Assembly (NCBI GenBank): GCA_964019425.1
Contig: OZ025789.1
Location: forward strand, 1,302,001-1,366,000
Direction of reading: 5' to 3'
DNA from: Flectonema sp. DT1601
Lineage: Eukaryota
Length of the DNA: 64,000 bases
This document shows, in pieces, positions 47,794-59,116 of this stretch (positions are counted from its first letter, which is position 1; each line of letters opens with the position of its first letter). The notes beneath the pieces were generated by a model. It made no database searches, was not told the DNA's origin, and worked only from the letters and a program-made list of their open reading frames with translations. The position numbers and the translations under genes are program-made.

Positions 47794-49405
47794 ATTACTT
47801 TTATTAATTTAGAAAAAAAAAAAAAAAAAAAAGGTTCTATATAAATATTAGTAAAAGAATAACAGACTGTTTTTTTCCCTTCATTCTTTTCACACGGTAC
47901 AAGACACCTATCGTCCTTTTTAAGCGGATTGCAGGATTTGCAACACAGTATTCCTTTGCTTGTTTGAAATAAAAAAGCTGTGGATTTTTTTTTTTTTTTT
48001 TTTTTTCCCCGATGAAATTTAAAAAAAAAAAAAAAAAAACGTTCGATTCTGCTAGTGAAAAAGCAAACCGAGACGTGCTGAAAAGTAATACAAGAGAAAA
48101 ACAATAACAAAATAAAAAAATAAAAAAAAATTAAAAAAGAAAAAGATAAAAAAATACAAATGAAAAAAAAAAAAGCTCCTTTTCGTACTAGCTGCGCCGT
48201 GTGAGAATATTATTACTTTTAGTACACACTACCCCCCTTCCCAAAGGTGCTGCCACTCTTTATTGTTGCCTAGCATGGATTAAGTCCTGTGCTTTCTAGG
48301 CACGCCTATTGGTTTTTTTTAATCAATTTTATTTCTAAATCAATGGTTGTAAGAATGCTTTCATTTATTTTATTCTTATTGTTACTGCATCATTGACATG
48401 CTGTGGAATGTGTTTCTTGGTCAAATTTTTTTTTAGTAAATATGTCAAGTAAGGGTCGTTTTTTTTTTTATTTTTACAAATTTGTCAGAACACAAAAAAT
48501 CAACCATTCGAATATGTTGGAAGATGACGATTAGCTGACCATCAAACCTGATCACACAATTATTCTGAGATTCTAAACATTTGGTTTTTTTTTTTTTTTG
48601 GTTCTTTTTTTTTTTTTATTATTTTTATTCCTCTGCTTTTTGCTGTGTAGAGTCACATTACCAACAAAATTCGGTTTTCATCACTTTTTTTTTTTTTTTT
48701 TTTTTTTTTTTTGAGCTGGAAAACCTTAGGAAATTACGAAAATCGCACAGAGAATCCACTCACTTTGGGTGTGTCGGTAGAAGGCAATGCTTACGCTATG
48801 GTCAGATCAATAGTGCCTCCAATAATAGAAAATGATCAACATTTCCATTCATTTGGGGTTTTCAGTAAACTAAGTTTCTTATTTAGTGATTTTTATAAGA
48901 ACAAAAAAAACAAAACAGAATGTAGATGTGGCTGAGCTGACGAGAGCAGCTTGGTTTTGAATATTGTTACCCACAGATGGGGGGAGGTTAACATTTTATT
49001 AAAAAAAAATTTGTTATCTGGTTTTAGCTTACAAAAAAAATAAATAAATAAAAGAAGGAATCGCCCTGTCCGTAATAATGGCGATGGTCGTCGGAAAGAA
49101 AAAAATCCTAAGAAACAAGTGGGAAAAAAAAAAAAAAAAAAAAAAAAACAGAAACAGAAACAAAACTTAAAAAAGAGACATTGACAACTTACATAGCGCT
49201 CAGAGGTACAACTCTCCAGAGCACTTAAATAAAAAAAAAAAAAACAATTCCTCTTCATGGAGTTTTGGATCGGGGGAGTTAAGCTATATTGTTCTGAAGT
49301 ACTTCTGTAGCATGCGATCTACAGAATACAATTTGTATTGAAAAAAAAACAAAAAAAAAAAAAAAAAATTACTTCTTACCATTCAGAACAAAAACACAAC
49401 ACAAG

Positions 49406-50485
49406 ATGAGTCGCGGGTGTGTACAATTGGCAATCCTAGTGACGGTCTTGACTGGGATTTGGATTTTTTTATTTAAAGATGAATTAAGTGAGAGAGTTCA
49501 CTACCTAATGGGTGGCATGCTGTTGGTATTTCTGAGACTGCTCTACAAGACAGCAGGTAATCCTGGGGTCGTCATCTCGACTACTGGAAAAGATGATCCC
49601 CACGGATACGGAATAGAAGGAACTAATTACTGTGAACAGTGCGGAGCAACTCATTCTGCGAGAACTTACTGCAGTCCTGGAACAAAACGCTGTATTACTA
49701 GATTCGATCATCACAACCCTCTTCTTAAAATAGATGTTGGTCTTTGCAATCACGTTTCTTATTATTCGATGCTAGCCTGGTCAGTCCTTTGGTGTTTCTT
49801 AATATGGTACTTCACTCTTAATGTGTTTTATAGTCAACATGATACCTCTGTGTTTTTATTTAGCTATGTCCCAAGAATTCCATTGCTGAAAGAGTTCTGC
49901 TGCATGGTGTACATGATGATAGAGGCGTGGGTTAGATTCACTTTCTTTTTATATACCTTGGGATGCCTTCCAATTCGTTATGGTTATTATCAAAATAAAG
50001 ATGTTCCGTGGTTTATGACTACAGCTGACGATACGGAAACTCAATTCATGTGGGGGATTTACTACGTTCCGATGGCTTTGAGTATTGTAGCAGCGTGGTA
50101 TACTATGGCTGGGCTTTCTGTTTTTATAACTCATGCGGTGATTCTTGCAGGATCGAACATGACCATCGAAGAAGAAGTACGCGCCACAGCCATGGCTGCA
50201 ATTGCAGAAACACGTTGGAGACAGTTCTCATCAATCTTATTTGGGATATGGACTGAAGTTGTTGCTGTAATGACTACTCACAGGTTATACAGATTTCTTC
50301 ACGTCTATGATGGAGAAGATCCAACTGGTTATGCAATCCTTAATACGTCTAATGGTTTAAGGGATGCTTTTGGTACTATTCCAACTCACTTATCAAAGTA
50401 CGACCAAGGGTCGTTTAGTTCCAACATTTGGGAAATTTGGAGCAAAAAGAGGACAAACAAACCACAGGGTAACACACTTGCATGA
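49406..50485 (+). CDS. DHHC-type palmitoyltransferase-like protein with DHHN in place of DHHC
   Basis: NPG, YCEQC..RT..C..RCITRFDHHNPLLKIDVGLCNH, NMTIEE (TTxE-like), YDQGSFSSNIWEI (PaCCT-like) and multiple TM segments. Confidence 0.85.
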   Translation: MSRGCVQLAILVTVLTGIWIFLFKDELSERVHYLMGGMLLVFLRLLYKTAGNPGVVISTTGKDDPHGYGIEGTNYCEQCGATHSARTYCSPGTKRCITRFDHHNPLLKIDVGLCNHVSYYSMLAWSVLWCFLIWYFTLNVFYSQHDTSVFLFSYVPRIPLLKEFCCMVYMMIEAWVRFTFFLYTLGCLPIRYGYYQNKDVPWFMTTADDTETQFMWGIYYVPMALSIVAAWYTMAGLSVFITHAVILAGSNMTIEEEVRATAMAAIAETRWRQFSSILFGIWTEVVAVMTTHRLYRFLHVYDGEDPTGYAILNTSNGLRDAFGTIPTHLSKYDQGSFSSNIWEIWSKKRTNKPQGNTLA

Positions 50486-50970
50486 GTCACAATTTTGTAG
50501 CAATAAATAATATTTATTACACAAGACAGCGTTTTCTTTTTTTATCATCAATTTGTGGTGTCGGGTGTTTCACAAGAAGATGTTACCTAACAATAGAAAT
50601 AAAAGTATGAAATTATTCGATAGAAATTTTTGCTTGCGGGCTTCTCTCTCTCAAGTGATAAAAAGTAATGGATTGCGATCTATTGTTGCTTGTCCTTCTT
50701 CTTCTGCTTTTTTGTTTTTTGTTTTTTAAAATAAAAATCCAATTGTTTGAGAGGCACTTCTATCAGGTGCCCTTTATTTATTTTTTTTTTTTTTTGGGAA
50801 ACGAGATTTCTTCTTATTTTATGGTATTTCTAAAACAGGGTGTAGATTACTTCCTTTCTTCTAATTGGAAACAGTTATTTTTCAAAAAAACTGCAGAGAG
50901 ACCTCCTTTTAGTTTCCTTTTTTATTAAACAGGCAAGAAGATTCACATAAAATAGGTGAATGTATTTTAT

Positions 50971-53900
50971 ATGAAGAAGACACAACAAAATTACGATGAT
51001 TCTGAAACTGAGATGGGGGACATGTCATCCCAAACAGTTACAAGCAATGTAGTGGCACCTGTGTACAAGATGGAGCTACAACCTCCTTCTGAAGAGAGCT
51101 GCAGTGAAAGTAGAGAAGCCAGGAGCTCATCAGTTGGTTTGGACTCATTATTCGGACCGCTTGAATCTTCAGTTGCAGATAGCAGTAATGACAAAATTGA
51201 TAAGCCTCCAATGACCGAAAAGTCAGATATCGAAATGATGATGGACGAGGAAGACGGCGAACTACTCGAAGCGAAATCAATCATGATCGGAGACCTAATA
51301 AGATATATCACAAAGGACGTTCAAAAAAGTAGACAATATAGTATATTCCCTTTTTATTTATCATTCTTAATAATATTTTTCGTGATGTTATACTTCGAAC
51401 TAATTGACGAAAGCGAAGATTTATTCTACAGAGACGTTGGTGTCAGAATGCAACTAAAAGCTGCAGCAAGAGACTTCGTAAATGATGACGAATCGAAGTC
51501 AGAATTTCATGAAGTCGATACTTATAAGAAATACCACGATTGGTTGAAAGGAGCAATCACTGATATCTGGCCAGCTATCAGTGGGCCAACGTCATTCGCT
51601 GATAATCCAAACATGACATGGACGGGTTCAACGACAAAACCTCCAGACAAGGCTCAAGTTCACGTCCCATTAGGGTTTTTGTTAATGAGGCAATTCAGAG
51701 TGAAACCTAAATTATGCCCAACAACGATGGTTGAGAAAGCAATGCCATCACATTGGTTACCAAAAGTAAAACTACTGAACTGTACGCAAGCCTACACCAG
51801 ACAAACTGTTTCTCATTATCCATTCGGTCCTGGGGATAAATGGCTTTCAAATATTGATCGAAGCAAACAAGTTAATCTTCGAGGGCAGTACGTCAACTCT
51901 ATTCCGATATCTGGTTTTGTAAACGGCTACGACGTTCCTGCGAAGGCGTTTACGGAATTACTTCGAATTGAACAAAACATCACCACAGTTCTCAACTACA
52001 TTGAACAGTTAATAGTAACTGATAAATGGATAGACGAGTATACTTCTGCTGTATCTTTAGAAGTCATAACGTATAACCAAGCATACGATAGTTTCGTATT
52101 TACCAGTTTGTTAGTTGAAAAATTGCCTTCTGGAGCTTATCTTCCTCGGGTTCGATCGACATCATTTCACTACTTAACTAACAGATGGGATATATTGACG
52201 TTGGATGTGATGTCTTTGATATTTATTGTTTATGATTTTGCTTATTTAGTTTATAGACTTAAATCTGATAAAGATTTACTTGGTCCTATTCGAGGATTTG
52301 GAATATGGGGAATGTTCCAATGCATCATGTTTGCCTTGTATTGCGCTGCCTACTATTACAGGGTCTACTTATGGGTTCAGTCTTGGAGTGGTGTCGGTAC
52401 GTATTCAATGGAAGATATAAGAAGGTATTTACCTGTTGCGGATCCAGCAACGGCAGACGAAACGATGATTAGAAACGCTTCTGAACTTGAAATGTGGTAT
52501 CGACTGTCACAGTACTCTTATCTATTCCATCAATGGAGGACATTAGTTGCCGGTTTTTATGTGATGGCTTGTATTAGAAGTTTCTCATTCGCTCAATACA
52601 ACGTTCAGTTAAATATCTTCACAGAGACTATTCGAATCGCTGTTGGAGACTTAGTTGGTATTGTTGTCTGTGTTGCTGTTATCGTTCTCGGATTTGGGTT
52701 TAGTTGTGCGATGTTGTATGGACATGAACTGTCTGAGTTTCAAAGTTTAATTTCATCAGCTGGAACTCTTCTCAGAACAGTTTTGTCAGGTTCACTTCCA
52801 CAATATCAACAAATGTTGACACTCAATAGATGGGAAACAAGAATTCTAGTTCTAGTTTACTACGTATTGTCATGGTTAATCTTAATGAACATGTTCTTAG
52901 CTGTAATCACTGGATCATTCGCATCTGTTCAAGATGCTTCTCAAAACCAAACATCTTGGACACTCGCAGGTCTTATCGGTTTCTTCTCAAATGTCATACA
53001 CCGTGGTGACAGTGAGGTCCCAATTCTGACTCCTGAGGTCCTACACAGCAGAAATAATGAAATTAGACAACGTATTCTCCTGGGTGAGAGTTGTTCAGAG
53101 GAAGAAATTGAAGAAAGCAAGTTTCCAGAATACGCAGCTTTCAGAAGAGTCTACATAAAGAGTAGAATCAGAGCAGTGCAAGCCCTGATCAACTATACAA
53201 GAATACCTCAGGAAGATGGTTTTCAGCCGACAGAAAAAACGAGAATCACCGAGCAAGCATTTAAAACAGACATTATAATAAAGAATTTAATCCCATTCTC
53301 TGAAGAAGGAATCGGAAGACTTTGTGAAAGAGCAGCTCATGAAGTGAGTGCCTCAAACAGATCAGTCAATCAAGGTACGATGTGGGCTCAGAATGTTAGT
53401 TCGAAACTTGGGAAGATTGAAGACTTTTTAAATAATTTTCGAAACTCTGAAATTGCTGAGGCTACTCTTCGTATTCCAGAAGCTCTGGAAGTCACCAGGA
53501 ACATAAATGAATCACTAGACGATACAAAGAAAAAAGTTGACACAATTAGTGACCAAATATCATCACTCGGTAAGGATCTATCTGGTGCTGCTGATGCTTC
53601 GAAATCACTCACTGGGACTATGGCAACTGTTAACAAACTTCATAGTAACATGGAAGAAAGAATACCTGTCACGCTGTCGAAGATGAAAGACGTACTGACT
53701 TACGCAACTGACCTCGAAGTTCAACTCGGTGGTGTTAATAAGAAATTAGATTCTTGGAGAGCAACCATGGAAGAAGACATCACTAGAGGTTCTTATTTTG
53801 GGGCTCCAACAGTAAAACATCTCGAACAAGTCATTCCCCGTCTTCGAGATACATCAAAAGGTGTTGGATTAGCTACAGCAGTGTCTCGCTATCACTATCC

Positions 53901-54081
53901 AACATATTATCCTACAAAAGAAGAAGAACATACCGAATTGAATAACCCTACACGTGTAACGTTTGGCCGTCACACGAATAAAGAACAGACCGTCCCTTCT
54001 ACTGGTATTCTAAAGAATAAGGGATCAAAGAAGAAAGCAAACACTGACGTTCTTATAGATGATCCTCAAGGTCCAGGTTAA
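50971..54081 (+). CDS. Polycystin-2 (TRPP/PKD2-like) cation channel
   Basis: TM1, TOP domain (LGFLLMRQFRVKP..C; WIDEYTSAVSLEVITYN..LLVE..SG), five further TM segments, LILMNMFLAVITGSF, and a C-terminal coiled coil. The start Met is uncertain (50971 or 51013). Confidence 0.88.
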   Translation: MKKTQQNYDDSETEMGDMSSQTVTSNVVAPVYKMELQPPSEESCSESREARSSSVGLDSLFGPLESSVADSSNDKIDKPPMTEKSDIEMMMDEEDGELLEAKSIMIGDLIRYITKDVQKSRQYSIFPFYLSFLIIFFVMLYFELIDESEDLFYRDVGVRMQLKAAARDFVNDDESKSEFHEVDTYKKYHDWLKGAITDIWPAISGPTSFADNPNMTWTGSTTKPPDKAQVHVPLGFLLMRQFRVKPKLCPTTMVEKAMPSHWLPKVKLLNCTQAYTRQTVSHYPFGPGDKWLSNIDRSKQVNLRGQYVNSIPISGFVNGYDVPAKAFTELLRIEQNITTVLNYIEQLIVTDKWIDEYTSAVSLEVITYNQAYDSFVFTSLLVEKLPSGAYLPRVRSTSFHYLTNRWDILTLDVMSLIFIVYDFAYLVYRLKSDKDLLGPIRGFGIWGMFQCIMFALYCAAYYYRVYLWVQSWSGVGTYSMEDIRRYLPVADPATADETMIRNASELEMWYRLSQYSYLFHQWRTLVAGFYVMACIRSFSFAQYNVQLNIFTETIRIAVGDLVGIVVCVAVIVLGFGFSCAMLYGHELSEFQSLISSAGTLLRTVLSGSLPQYQQMLTLNRWETRILVLVYYVLSWLILMNMFLAVITGSFASVQDASQNQTSWTLAGLIGFFSNVIHRGDSEVPILTPEVLHSRNNEIRQRILLGESCSEEEIEESKFPEYAAFRRVYIKSRIRAVQALINYTRIPQEDGFQPTEKTRITEQAFKTDIIIKNLIPFSEEGIGRLCERAAHEVSASNRSVNQGTMWAQNVSSKLGKIEDFLNNFRNSEIAEATLRIPEALEVTRNINESLDDTKKKVDTISDQISSLGKDLSGAADASKSLTGTMATVNKLHSNMEERIPVTLSKMKDVLTYATDLEVQLGGVNKKLDSWRATMEEDITRGSYFGAPTVKHLEQVIPRLRDTSKGVGLATAVSRYHYPTYYPTKEEEHTELNNPTRVTFGRHTNKEQTVPSTGILKNKGSKKKANTDVLIDDPQGPG

Positions 54082-54310
54082 GTGAATAATTAATTTTCTT
54101 CCCTACCGTCTGACTCTTTTTATGTTTTATTATGTGTTCTGTTTTTTTTTTTAAATTTGATGTGATTCGTTCGAATACAAAGAAAATACTTTTTTTTTTG
54201 TAATACGAAATCTACTTTTTTTTTGGTTATGTTCATTTCACTTTATTCAGCAGATGTAAAAAAAAGGTCATAAAATCATTCAATAATACTTCATCACTAG
54301 GTCTCCACCA

Positions 54311-56173
54311 ATGACGTTCCTCTATCAGGTTGAAGAGGTCCAAAGAAGACACATAACAGGGTGGAGTAAGGGAGAGATGAGATGTATACATGGAGGAGGA
54401 TCAGTCCTCATTGATGGACTGGAACCACCTTCAGGTGGTGATTGGGTTGGTGAATGGTGTATAAATATGAACATACCTGGTGTTGATGTATGTGGTTGGT
54501 CAAGACAACGATCAAAAGAATCGAGATATAGAATATGGATTCGATCATGGAGGGGAACTGAACGAGGATTAGAATCGAATAAAATGTTTGAATCAAAATT
54601 AAAAGACACTCCCCGCTGTCTACTTTGTGATAAGAAATTCTCACTAGGCCGACGCAGATATCGCTGTAAAGTTTGTTTTAATGCAGTCTGTTGGGAATGC
54701 AAAGGTCTTCTAAGTGTCCCTGGTTATCAATCAGAGGCAGCAGCCTGTCTTGAATGTTGTGTTCGCGCAGGAAGACAAGGCATTCATAAGTCTGTTAAGA
54801 TGCGTTTTAAAGATAAAATCAGCACCGTTCGATCAGTAGTCTCATTCCCAAACTCCATTCCACCGATTGTACAAATACCATCAAAGATTTCTAAGTCTCA
54901 TGGAACACTAAAGATTAGACTCCATGAATGTCGTCATTTAAATAATCCTAACGCAGTAATTGGAGTTAATCCATACGTATGTTTCTACACTGCGGGTTGT
55001 TTTATTAGAACGTTATCAAGAACTCGTACTCCAGATCCTCGATGGGGTGAAGCCGAAGCTACTTTTGAAATTCCTATATTAGATCCAACAGCGAGTATCT
55101 TCTTTTGTGTTTATGATTTGACAATGATTCAAAAGTTTGATATTGGTGAGGGAGACCCAATTGGAAGAGGAGCTATTCATTTAACTTCACTGGAACCAGA
55201 TGATGAAAACAACAGATGGATAGAACTGTTACCTCCAACACAGGTAGAAATCGAAGGATATCAAAAGAGAATACCTCGTTTAATGAGAGGATGTTCAACT
55301 GTAAGTGAAAAATTTGGAATGCAAGGTGATCCTTCTAGAGTTCTGGGATATATAAAATTAGGAGCTACTGTTTGTCTTAACAGAGATCCATTATTCGGAG
55401 CTTTTCAACCTTCTTATCTCTCAGCTGAGACGAGTACTACTTCTCCTGAAGACATAAAAGGACTTGATACCACTCGTGATAACGCTGTTCGTGTTGGGTT
55501 GTGTTTAGGGACTCCTACTTTACTATCAGTAGTTTGGAATAATCCACTACTTGCAGTAATTTCATGTTTTGTTTGGTTAGGGATTTCAATTAACTTTCAA
55601 CTACATGCGCTTCCTTATCTTATTACTGTCGCAACTCTTTTAAATGGAATATTATCATCGTTCGTCGATCACACTTATGACATCACTTTGTTTGAAGAAG
55701 ATAACACTTACAAGAAGTCTTCGATCATTAGTAAATTAGGAAAAGCATCAAGAGCATTTAACGTCGCAAAAAAACTTGAACAACCACTGGGACAATTAGC
55801 AACTCTTCTATCAAAATTGAATTCGGTATTGTCTTTTCGCGATTTTTATGTTTCTGTAATTGCTATAACGATCCTTCTGACGGGTACCGTGTTTAGTAGT
55901 TGGTTGTTAATATTTTTAGGTTGTTTTTCTTTTAGGGTGTACTTCTTCTTGTGTGGATTTTTAATAATTGCTGTCCCTCCTATAAGATCATTCCGTGCCG
56001 CTATGGGTATAAAGAAAAAGCCTAAAGCTGAAACTGGTAAGAGACATGCTCTCATGACCAGAGCTGTAAACTTTTACGGAAGAATACCAGACGACAAAGA
56101 ACTTGTTCACAGACAGATATGTGACGGTCAAATTCGTGAGTCAGCTAATGGTGCTAATGGTGGTCTAGGATAA
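54311..56173 (+). CDS. DysF-like, FYVE-like, C2 and MCTP/PRT_C-like membrane protein
   Basis: W..EW.I....D..GW....R.R.W.R; CLLCDKKFSLGRRRYRCKVC..VCWEC..CLEC; GTLKIRLHECRHL..NPYV..RT..DPRW..VYD..IGR; and C-terminal TM hairpins ending NFYGRIPDDKEL. Confidence 0.75.
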   Translation: MTFLYQVEEVQRRHITGWSKGEMRCIHGGGSVLIDGLEPPSGGDWVGEWCINMNIPGVDVCGWSRQRSKESRYRIWIRSWRGTERGLESNKMFESKLKDTPRCLLCDKKFSLGRRRYRCKVCFNAVCWECKGLLSVPGYQSEAAACLECCVRAGRQGIHKSVKMRFKDKISTVRSVVSFPNSIPPIVQIPSKISKSHGTLKIRLHECRHLNNPNAVIGVNPYVCFYTAGCFIRTLSRTRTPDPRWGEAEATFEIPILDPTASIFFCVYDLTMIQKFDIGEGDPIGRGAIHLTSLEPDDENNRWIELLPPTQVEIEGYQKRIPRLMRGCSTVSEKFGMQGDPSRVLGYIKLGATVCLNRDPLFGAFQPSYLSAETSTTSPEDIKGLDTTRDNAVRVGLCLGTPTLLSVVWNNPLLAVISCFVWLGISINFQLHALPYLITVATLLNGILSSFVDHTYDITLFEEDNTYKKSSIISKLGKASRAFNVAKKLEQPLGQLATLLSKLNSVLSFRDFYVSVIAITILLTGTVFSSWLLIFLGCFSFRVYFFLCGFLIIAVPPIRSFRAAMGIKKKPKAETGKRHALMTRAVNFYGRIPDDKELVHRQICDGQIRESANGANGGLG

Positions 56174-57154
56174 GCAACATACTTAAACTAAACAAGAAAA
56201 CATAATTTCATCTGTTAAAAAGCAAAAAATCTATATATTTTTTTTTAAACGTACTAATTCTTCCCAACGATAATTTGGCTGTATCGTCAACCGTTTATAT
56301 AAAGAGGTTAGGAGGTGCTACGAGTATTTCCTTTCTTCGTAAACTTAGAAATCCGATCAAGTGGCTGTGGTTGTATTTTTGAAAATACAACCGCATTTGC
56401 CGTGATAAAAATTGGTTGTTTGAGAAAACAAACAATTTTTTGTTTTTATTTTTTTTTTTATTTTGTTTTTCTTGTACTTAACTTCAGTAAACGAATATCG
56501 TATTTTGTGAATTGGGTGAATTTAAAACAACAATAAAAAAAAAAATCTCCAAATTAATATGCAACAAACTTTTGGAAAAGAAAAAGAAAAAAGAAAACAC
56601 AATGCTTCCTAGCGGTGAATTTTTCACTGTAAAATGAAATATGGAGGAGAAGTCGAAATACATTTGAAGTAATTATAATTTCTTGCGCAAATAAAAAATC
56701 AAAAAAAAACAACGATAACCTCCTCTATATTTCTGGCTAACATGATAACTTAAAAAATTAGTTCTGTTCTGTTATTCCACGTGTTCTTCAGTCGTTGAGA
56801 ACAAACCGGAAAATAACCCTCTTATGACATTGCTTTGATGGTCCTCTCTCTCTCTATCTCTAATGATTAAGAGAGAGAAGGGATGGTGAGGTTTTTGTTT
56901 ATTTATCCCATTGTAATCTTCTTCCGTAGCATTGAACAGTTTTCTTGATCTTTATCACTTGTGTTTTTTCAAAACTTTTTTTTTTTTTTGTTGACTCGTT
57001 TCCTTTTTAAAGGAGGAAATCGTTTCTGATTTTGTTTTTTTTAGGTTCGTGGTATCAAACCAAAATTCTTTGTTTTTTTCCTATCCTCATATCAATAGTC
57101 ATCCTAACCTGACGTACACTGTACGGACTGAACAGTCAAAAAAGAAAAGGGAAG

Positions 57155-57240
57155 AAACCATTCAGATTAAAAGCCGTTTATTTATTATGTTCATGTTATC
57201 TGTTTCCTGTGCGCCAGTAAAACATAAGGCTTACCTGAAT
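57155..57240. repeat. Family A, copy 4
   Basis: 5' arm AAACCATTCAGATTAAAAGCCGTTTATTTATTA, 3' arm GGCTTACCTGAAT. Confidence 0.75.
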
Positions 57241-57445
57241 CCTATTTTTTTTTTATTTTTATTTTTATTTTTTTTCCCGTTGATGTATTTCGTTTTTCGA
57301 GAGCAATACTTTATCGATCAGCTCTACGTGAATTGCGTAATTTAATTATAGATCAGCAAAACTTCGACCCTTCAGTCGAGTTTTGGTTGTAGTTTCTCTT
57401 CTTTTTCTCCGCCATCTGTATTTACGTCAATACTAACATTACCTT

Positions 57446-57533
57446 TAGTCACTGTATCTAGAACTAATGTTAAATTATCGTTCATGCTGTTTATGATACA
57501 ATACATTTGTATTTTACGTACAAAATCGAACAG
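57446..57533. repeat. Family B, copy 2
   Basis: TAGTCACTGTATCTAGAACTAATGTTAAATTATCGTT...CGTACAAAATCGAACAG differs from 13281-13367 at only about four positions. Confidence 0.85.
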
Positions 57534-57554
57534 CGAATCCCTTCTCGTTCACCC

Positions 57555-57725
57555 GGAAAATGTAATTGTCCCTTTTATGTTTTCTTTTTTTTTCCTAAAC
57601 GTATCTTTTCTTTGATTAACAACTACACGTATTCCTTTCAGACAAGTACTTTTGATATTAATTTTGTTTTTAAATAAATACCCTAAAGTTGTTATTGTTA
57701 TCACATTGTCAAAGCTTCTTCTCCT
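57555..57725. repeat. Family C, copy 2
   Basis: Collinear similarity to 23466-23640. Confidence 0.75.
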
Positions 57726-58146
57726 TCTCATTCACCCCAAAAAAAAAACAACGTATTTATTTCGATCAATGCAATCAAACTGATAAATCTTCTTGGTGTG
57801 TACTGTAGTATTTTATTTTTTTATAGTCCGGCGCAGTTATGACCATAAACTGACTATCGTCGTACTTGATCTTTTGTTTTCATTTCTTGCTGAGTGATAT
57901 GACTACTGTGTTGCCCAATTTGTGTAGACAATTATAATGCTTTGGACAGAACAATCTTTGGTACTGTTTCAGAGGTTTCTATTTTATTTGTATGTTGGCA
58001 TAGCACATATGATGTCGTTTTGACAGTGGAATAAAAAAAGATTTTTCTTTTTTTTTTTTCACCTACTCCCAGGTATGGGACGCTCAACCTGATAGAACTT
58101 GGTCTCCAAATTACCGAATTCGACAACGTCTTCTGGTCAATAAGAC

Positions 58147-58296
58147 CAAAAAAATATTATTTTCTCTTTTATGTTTCTTTTTTTCTCAAACGTATGTTTT
58201 CTTTTGATGAAACAACTACAAATATTCAGTCAAGTACCTTGATATTAATTTTTGTTTTAAGTATCCGAAGTTGTTACTGTCAAAATTTCACTCCCC
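58147..58296. repeat. Family C, copy 3
   Basis: Collinear similarity to 23466-23640 and 57555-57725. Ends TGTCAAAATTTCACTCCCC. Confidence 0.7.
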
Positions 58297-59116
58297 ACTC
58301 CCGAATCATTTCTCTTTTTTTTGTTCTTTAGTTGTTTTCAACCTGTTAGCCTAGACTCTGCGCAAGGAGCTGGAAGTCGATCACTTCTGCCGAAGCAAGA
58401 GAACTACAATCTTCGCGATTGGATCTTCACTGATGCGGGCTATCTAGACCCCTCGTAGTCATCAGTTCTGTATTTTGCTAACTAAATAAAACTAATTAAT
58501 TCCTGAATTATATAATAAGTTGTTGTTCAATACCTGTCCTGTCTTATGAGGGGGGGTGAGGAATACCAAACTGAACCATATCAAAGTATTGTAACGATAA
58601 CATAAAAAATGTAGATACTTTTCATTCATTGATAGTAGTTTATTAAACGAGGGTGTGCAAAAAAAAATAAAATAAAAAGCACTGATTTACTTTATTGCTT
58701 GAAAGCATCATCTCTCTTTTTTTTTTTTTTTAACCCTATCTAAAGAAGCATCTGCGCTTTTCTTTTCTTTTCTTTTTGTTGTTTTGATTTGTAAATAAAT
58801 ACCCTTGTGCTTGCTGTTTCTTGAATTTGACTGTAATTGTTTTATCTTGTATAACCTTGCTTACGTAGTCATATTCGAAAAAAATTGGATCATATGCCGA
58901 TTACGAAATCTAGAAATCTGATGGAGAAATAAAACTAAAATAATTCTTCAATAGAATTCTTGATTTATATCACCCAAGTAGCTTTGTATTTACCCCAACA
59001 GTCTTCTCAGCAAGCATGACAGTATGTGTGGGTGATAAGTTGTTTGGTGGTTCTTAGTCTTTTTGTACGAATTTTCTTTTTTTAAAATTCTTTCCTTAGG
59101 CACTGGCAATGCGCCA

